Origin: Candidatus Binatia bacterium
Lineage (GTDB): Bacteria; Desulfobacterota; Binatia; Bin18
Assembly (NCBI GenBank): GCA_963664395.2
Contig: OY761159.2
Span: 1 to 64,000, forward strand
Direction of reading: 5' to 3'
DNA: 64,000 bases
Each line of letters opens with the position of its first letter. Position 1 is the first letter of the stretch. Positions 57,638-64,000 of the stretch are shown in pieces. The position numbers were made by a program, and so were the translations under genes. A model generated the notes under the pieces. The model did not search any database and was not told the origin of the DNA. It saw only the letters and a program-made list of their open reading frames with translations.

Positions 57638-59419
57638 TTAGTGCTCCTTTAGATCGCGTACGCGAAGCTGCAGACTCGCCTGCCCATTCCAGACATTAAT
57701 CGTTGGAGTGTAGAGCAAGTCAACATGCTGGCGTGGGACAATAGGACGGTCGCCTATCCCAAACCCAATAGCATCAACCGGCCGCCCACCTTGGGAAGAG
57801 CGCACAACCAACTTGAGGTGCCCAGCCTTTCCGTGGGACTGATCTCCGACTACGCGGACACTGACGACTTCAGTATGAGAGGCTCGAAACACGGGTGCCG
57901 GATTGCCCTGTCCACAGGGCTCAAGACGATGCAGATCATCAAGCAATTCCGGTCCGACCAGCGCAACATCAACATCAGCGTCAAACTCAACAATGGGGAC
58001 AAGGTCATCAGGAGTCAGCCGCTGACGAGCAACCGCCTCAAACTGGTCGGCAAAGGTCTGTATTGATGCAGCCCGGATCGACAGCCCGGCTGCCTGGCGA
58101 TGCCCGCCATAACCAGCCAGGTGTTCAGCACACATCCGCATTCCTTCATACAAGTGAAAAACCGCGGGACTCCGCCCCGACCCCTTCCCCATATCGCCGT
58201 CAATCGCAATGAGGATAGTTGGGCGTCCAAAGCGCTCGACCAAGCGGGACGCGACAATGCCGATCACCCCGGGATGCCACTGCGCAGATGCCAGGACAAA
58301 GCTGTAGCGCTCGCTCTGCTCAAGCTGGGCCTGCGCCAAGGCTACGGCCTGCTTCAATATTTCCTCTTCGATGGTCCTGCGATCGAGGTTTTCTTTGTCC
58401 AGCTCAGCAGCGAGAAGCCGTGCCCGGTCGGTATCCGTTGTGGTGAGCAGTTCAACCGCCTTCTGAGCCTCAGCCAGCCGCCCACCGGCATTAATGCGCG
58501 GTCCGAGGCGAAAGCCAATATAGCTCGCAGTCACATCGGAATCACCACTCACCGCCCGCAGGGCACGAATGCCTGGGCGCTGGCTGTTCTCTATTTGTCT
58601 CAGACCATGTGTGACGAGAACGCGATTTTCTTCAACCAATGGCACAAGATCAGCAACAGTACCCAGACAGACCAAGTCCAAATAGAGCCGGAGGTCAGGA
58701 ACGGGGTGCTGCCCCTGCTCACGCAGCCGCATCCTCAGCCCCATGAGTAAATAAAACGCAACTCCTGCCCCGGACAGTCCGGAAAAGGAGAAGGGGCAGT
58801 CTGCTTCCATAGGGTTCAGAACCGCGTAGGCTGGCAACTTTTCTTCGGGTACGTGATGGTGATCACACACGATCACATCGATACCGAGCTGCTGCGCCCG
58901 AGCAATCTCCTTATGGCCGGTTGCTCCGCAGTCAGCCGTGATCAAGACCTTCGTCCCTTCGCCTGCCAGCTTCTCAATAGCGGGCGTGTTCAGTCCATAT
59001 CCTTCGCGTGTCCGGTGGGGAATATACAGCCTTGGGTCCATACCGATTTCGCGCAAGAACAGGATGAGCTGGGAGCTGCCGGTCACACCATCAACGTCAT
59101 AGTCTCCCCATATACACACCGGCTCGCCACGCTCGCGGGCGTGTAGCACACGGTCTGTCGCTCGCCGCATATCAGGGAAGAGCAGCGGCGAACGCAGGCC
59201 CGTTCGCAGTAAGGGAGATAAAAATGCTGCCACTTTTTCAGGTGTATCAATACCCCGGCAGACGAGCAGCCGCGCCATGACAGGAGAGAGTGGTGCGGGA
59301 TGCGCCTGGGTTGATTCGAGCAGAGCCTGAACCCGCCTGGGGTCAGCCGACCGAAGGATCCAGCGTTTTTCGAGCCGTGTGCCAGGCTCATTCACCGTCT
59401 GGCCGTCCTCTTTTCCCAT
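57638..59419 (-). CDS. recJ: Single-stranded DNA exonuclease RecJ
   Basis: GDYDVDG, EGYGLN, DCG, DHH, GTVAD, PRINAGGR, GGHRQAAG. Confidence 0.96.
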   Translation of the reverse strand: MGKEDGQTVNEPGTRLEKRWILRSADPRRVQALLESTQAHPAPLSPVMARLLVCRGIDTPEKVAAFLSPLLRTGLRSPLLFPDMRRATDRVLHARERGEPVCIWGDYDVDGVTGSSQLILFLREIGMDPRLYIPHRTREGYGLNTPAIEKLAGEGTKVLITADCGATGHKEIARAQQLGIDVIVCDHHHVPEEKLPAYAVLNPMEADCPFSFSGLSGAGVAFYLLMGLRMRLREQGQHPVPDLRLYLDLVCLGTVADLVPLVEENRVLVTHGLRQIENSQRPGIRALRAVSGDSDVTASYIGFRLGPRINAGGRLAEAQKAVELLTTTDTDRARLLAAELDKENLDRRTIEEEILKQAVALAQAQLEQSERYSFVLASAQWHPGVIGIVASRLVERFGRPTILIAIDGDMGKGSGRSPAVFHLYEGMRMCAEHLAGYGGHRQAAGLSIRAASIQTFADQFEAVARQRLTPDDLVPIVEFDADVDVALVGPELLDDLHRLEPCGQGNPAPVFRASHTEVVSVRVVGDQSHGKAGHLKLVVRSSQGGRPVDAIGFGIGDRPIVPRQHVDLLYTPTINVWNGQASLQLRVRDLKEH

Positions 59420-60294
59420 AGCAAGACAACCGGGCTGGCGACATAGATGGAAGAATACGTTCCGACCGTCATCCCGACAAGGAGAACGAGAGCAAAGGCA
59501 TGGATGACGGAGCCACCCAAAAAGAAGAGCGCCAGGACGACCATGAGGACAGTCCCGGTGGTAATCACCGTTCGGCTCAGCGTTTCGTTAATGCTGCGGT
59601 TAATAATCGTGTGCATCGTCTCACGGCGCAGCTTGCGCATATTTTCCCGCACTCGGTCGCACACAATCACCGTGTCGTTGACTGAATACCCAATGACGGT
59701 CAACAGTGCGGCAACAACGGTCAGATCAAACTCAACATCGGCCACAAGTAAGACAGTTGTGGTCACTAATACATCATGGATCAGGGCAACGCCGGCACCA
59801 ACTCCAAACCGCGGCTCAAACCGGAAAGCAATATAGCCGCCCATCATGAGTGTGGCGAATACAACGGCGAGAATGCCTTTAAGACGCAAGTCTTTTCCGA
59901 CTTTAGGGCCGACGCTTTCGACCCGTTGCACCTCAAACGTCTCAGCGCCATACCCATCGGCCAGACTCTCGCGAATTCGATTCGAGAAGTTTTCAGCGCC
60001 AGTTTCTGACTTGGGAATACGAATCAAAAATTCATCACCGTTTTGCCCAAAATCCTGAACGGTGATGTCTGAAATACTCGTTTGGGAGACGACAGCACGA
60101 ATACTCGCCGCATCGGTCTGCTGGCTGAATTTGACATGGACGATGGTCCCGCCCGCAAAATCAACACCGTAGTTCAAGCCGCCCCGATACCAAAAGGCCG
60201 CGGCCCCGAGCAGGAGGAGAAAAGCGGAAAACATATACGCGCCTTTGGCGTAGCGCAGAAAATCAATCGTTGTGCCAGCTTTAATGAGTTGCAT
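59392..60294 (-). CDS. secF: Protein translocase subunit SecF
   Basis: GVDFAGG, VGPKVG, IHD, IGYSVNDTVIVCDRVRE, TLSRT. Confidence 0.96.
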   Translation of the reverse strand: MQLIKAGTTIDFLRYAKGAYMFSAFLLLLGAAAFWYRGGLNYGVDFAGGTIVHVKFSQQTDAASIRAVVSQTSISDITVQDFGQNGDEFLIRIPKSETGAENFSNRIRESLADGYGAETFEVQRVESVGPKVGKDLRLKGILAVVFATLMMGGYIAFRFEPRFGVGAGVALIHDVLVTTTVLLVADVEFDLTVVAALLTVIGYSVNDTVIVCDRVRENMRKLRRETMHTIINRSINETLSRTVITTGTVLMVVLALFFLGGSVIHAFALVLLVGMTVGTYSSIYVASPVVLLWEKRTARR

Positions 60295-60323
60295 AGTCTT
60301 TCACCCCTCGCGCCACGCCGTGC

Positions 60324-61888
60324 TTACACACTCAATGTGCTCAAACGCCGCCGAGCAAGAAAATAGTCATACACTGCCCGCGTACAGAACACCGTTGTGA
60401 ACACGGTGCTAATAATCCCAATACACAAGGTGACGGCGAATCCTTTGATTGGGCCGGACCCAAACTGAAACAAGATCAGGCCCGACAAAAACGTCGTAAT
60501 ATTAGAATCAAAAATAGCCGGCAAGGCACGTTCGTAGCCGGATTCCACCGCTGCCCGCGCGCCTTTGCCTAATCGTACCTCTTCTCGCAGGCGTTCGTTG
60601 ATCAGCACGTTTGCGTCCACCGCCATCCCTACGGTGAGTACAATGCCGGCAATGCCCGGGAGGGTCAGCGTTGCATCGAGCATGGCTAAGGCGGCCAGGA
60701 GCAGGAGGATATTCAAAGCCAGCGCGAGGTCGGCCAGGACGCCAGCGAGGTTGTAATACACGACCATGAAGACAACGACTAAGGCCCCCCCAATGATAAA
60801 GGACGTGGTTCCTTGTTCAATGGAATCCCGTCCAAGAGACGGTCCGACCGTCCGTTCTTCGGCTATGGTGACGGGCGCAGGAAGCGCGCCGGCTCGTAAC
60901 ACAATGGCAAGGTCACGTGCTTCCTTGATATCGAATCCCCCCGTGATAGACGCATGTCCGCCACCGATCCGGTCGCGAATCACAGGGGCTGAGTAGACGG
61001 TATTATCAAGAACAATAGCTAAACGCCGTCCAACATTGGCCCCGGTTATTTCTTCAAAGGTCTCAGCCCCACGATTATTCAGAATCAGCTCTACGTAGGG
61101 CCCTTCAATGTCTGCGCTGGGACGCACCCGTGCATCTGCCACCCCATCCCCAGTGAGTAAGGTCTGTTTTTCCAAGGTATAGGTGGTGCGGATAGGCTCC
61201 CCGCTCAGCGGATCACGGTCTTGACCATTCAGAGTCTCAGTTTCACGCGTGCTGCCCTCTGCCGCAACCAGCTTAAATTCCAATACCGCGGTTCTGCCGA
61301 TCAACTCTTTGGCTCGCTCGGGGTCCTGGATTCCGGGCAGTTGGACCAGAATATCCCGATCGCCTTGACGTTGGATAACAGGTTCTGCCACGCCGAACTG
61401 GTCGATCCGGTTGCGAATGGTTTCCAAGGATTGATCAACCGCGTACTGCTGGAGCGCTTCGACCTGGCTGTTATCGAGATCAACCACAATATCCGAACTT
61501 GAGCCGGCGCCAGTCCGGGGTTCAAGAATCGGGAACCGCTCAGCAAGAATATCCTGCACTTTCGTTCGGTCTGCTTCAGAGTTGGTAGAAAAGCGGAGCG
61601 TATTGCCTTCGCGCCGAATATTGACTGTCCCTGCTTCCGCCTTACTCAGGGCCCGACGGAATTCTTCGGCGTACTGGTCCAGGCTATTTTCAACTGCCTT
61701 CTCCAGGTCAACAGTCAACAACAGATACGTGCCACCACGCAGATCAAGACCCAAGCGAATCTGGTGTGAGGGCAGAAAGGCCGGCCACCAACTCGGCAAC
61801 GCGGGACTCCATGAAGGGATCAGATAGAGACTCCCCCAGAGTGCGAGACCCACAATCAAAAGGAGGCGATAACGCAGACCTTGGGTCA

Positions 61889-61889
<1 letters not shown>
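60324..61889 (-). CDS. secD: Protein translocase subunit SecD
   Basis: LGLDLRGG, RNRIDQFGVAEP, LRAGALPAP, GMAVDANVLINER. Confidence 0.96.
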
Positions 61890-63465
<1,576 letters not shown>

Positions 63466-63643
63466 CTACTTGTGGGGCTACCCGCGACATGTCAGAGTTA
63501 TCAGGTTGAGCCAATACGGCAAAGCACCGCTACAGACGGGTGAGCGTCAGGCGGCGTAGCGTTAGGTTGCCAGAAGTTTCAGAGTTTACCCATTTCATTA
63601 GGCAGCCAAATTACAGTTAAGCAGCTAGAGGGGAATAGTGGCA

Positions 63644-64000
63644 ATGGTAAATGGACTTTACACGAATAGAAACACCCGCAGCGACTTCATAGAGAATGCA
63701 CTATATGGGCTGACCGGTAGCGGGCGAAATGTTTTCATCGCTGTAGCCTTCTTTACAGAAACCGACGTGGTGGATGAACTGCTTAAGAAGGGGTGTCATG
63801 TTCGTCTTATTGTGCGGCTTGGATACCCTACGAATCCTGATGCATTGTTAAAAATCCTAAATAAAACAGGGATCGAAATCAGATTCTTTACAAGTAACTC
63901 GTTCCATCCAAAGTTGTACATCTTCGGTGACCAAGAGGCTTTAATCGGGTCCGCCAACTTAACGAGAGCGGCGATTCGTACCAATCAAGAGGTAATGGTC
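63644..64000 (+). CDS. Phospholipase D-like (HKD) nuclease domain protein, 3' end outside window
   Basis: Own translation: MVNGLYTNRN...IAVAFFT...RLIVRLGYPTNPDAL...FHPKLYIFGDQEALIGSANLT...NQE. AT-richer than its neighbours and absent from the ORF track because it has no stop in the window. Confidence 0.8.
   Translation, partial: MVNGLYTNRNTRSDFIENALYGLTGSGRNVFIAVAFFTETDVVDELLKKGCHVRLIVRLGYPTNPDALLKILNKTGIEIRFFTSNSFHPKLYIFGDQEALIGSANLTRAAIRTNQEVMV

Overview
Bacterial chromosomal window with no rRNA, CRISPR array, integrase or transposase. Its gene content suggests an aerobic, Gram-negative heterotroph (inference: a Binatia/deltaproteobacterial-type lineage such as those found in sponges). Core blocks are lpxD, hisG, a heme-copper oxidase cluster (coxB-coxA-ctaA-ctaB-coxC1-orf-coxC2-coxD-sco), tRNA-Arg(CCG) and tgt-yajC-secD-secF-recJ. 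Between them lie lipid-storage and catabolic genes (WS/DGAT, PhaC, LLM/F420 enzymes, a CoA-transferase, TauD, an acyl-CoA dehydrogenase pair). Two accessory regions stand out. (1) At 22.5-33.9 kb, a type I R-M operon has its hsdM-hsdS and hsdS-hsdR gaps packed with co-oriented toxin-antitoxin/defence cargo: HEPN-MNT, VapBC, orphan antitoxins, an unknown protein, a HipA-like kinase plus HipS-HIRAN partner, and a wHTH remnant. A diverged copy of the hsdM 3' end brackets the first cargo block, and an in-frame segment bounded by inverted heptamer arrays lies inside hsdM. (2) At 47-53.5 kb, a GC-rich, frameshifted secreted multidomain gene (CxxCH domain, GLUG-like repeats, FN3-like domain, VITPP tandem repeat, duplicated C-terminal domain) sits inside a diverged second copy of the local nhaC-to-VOC locus, with REP-like palindromes at the junctions. 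Several single-lesion pseudogene candidates are visible. A PLD-nuclease-type gene starts at the right edge.
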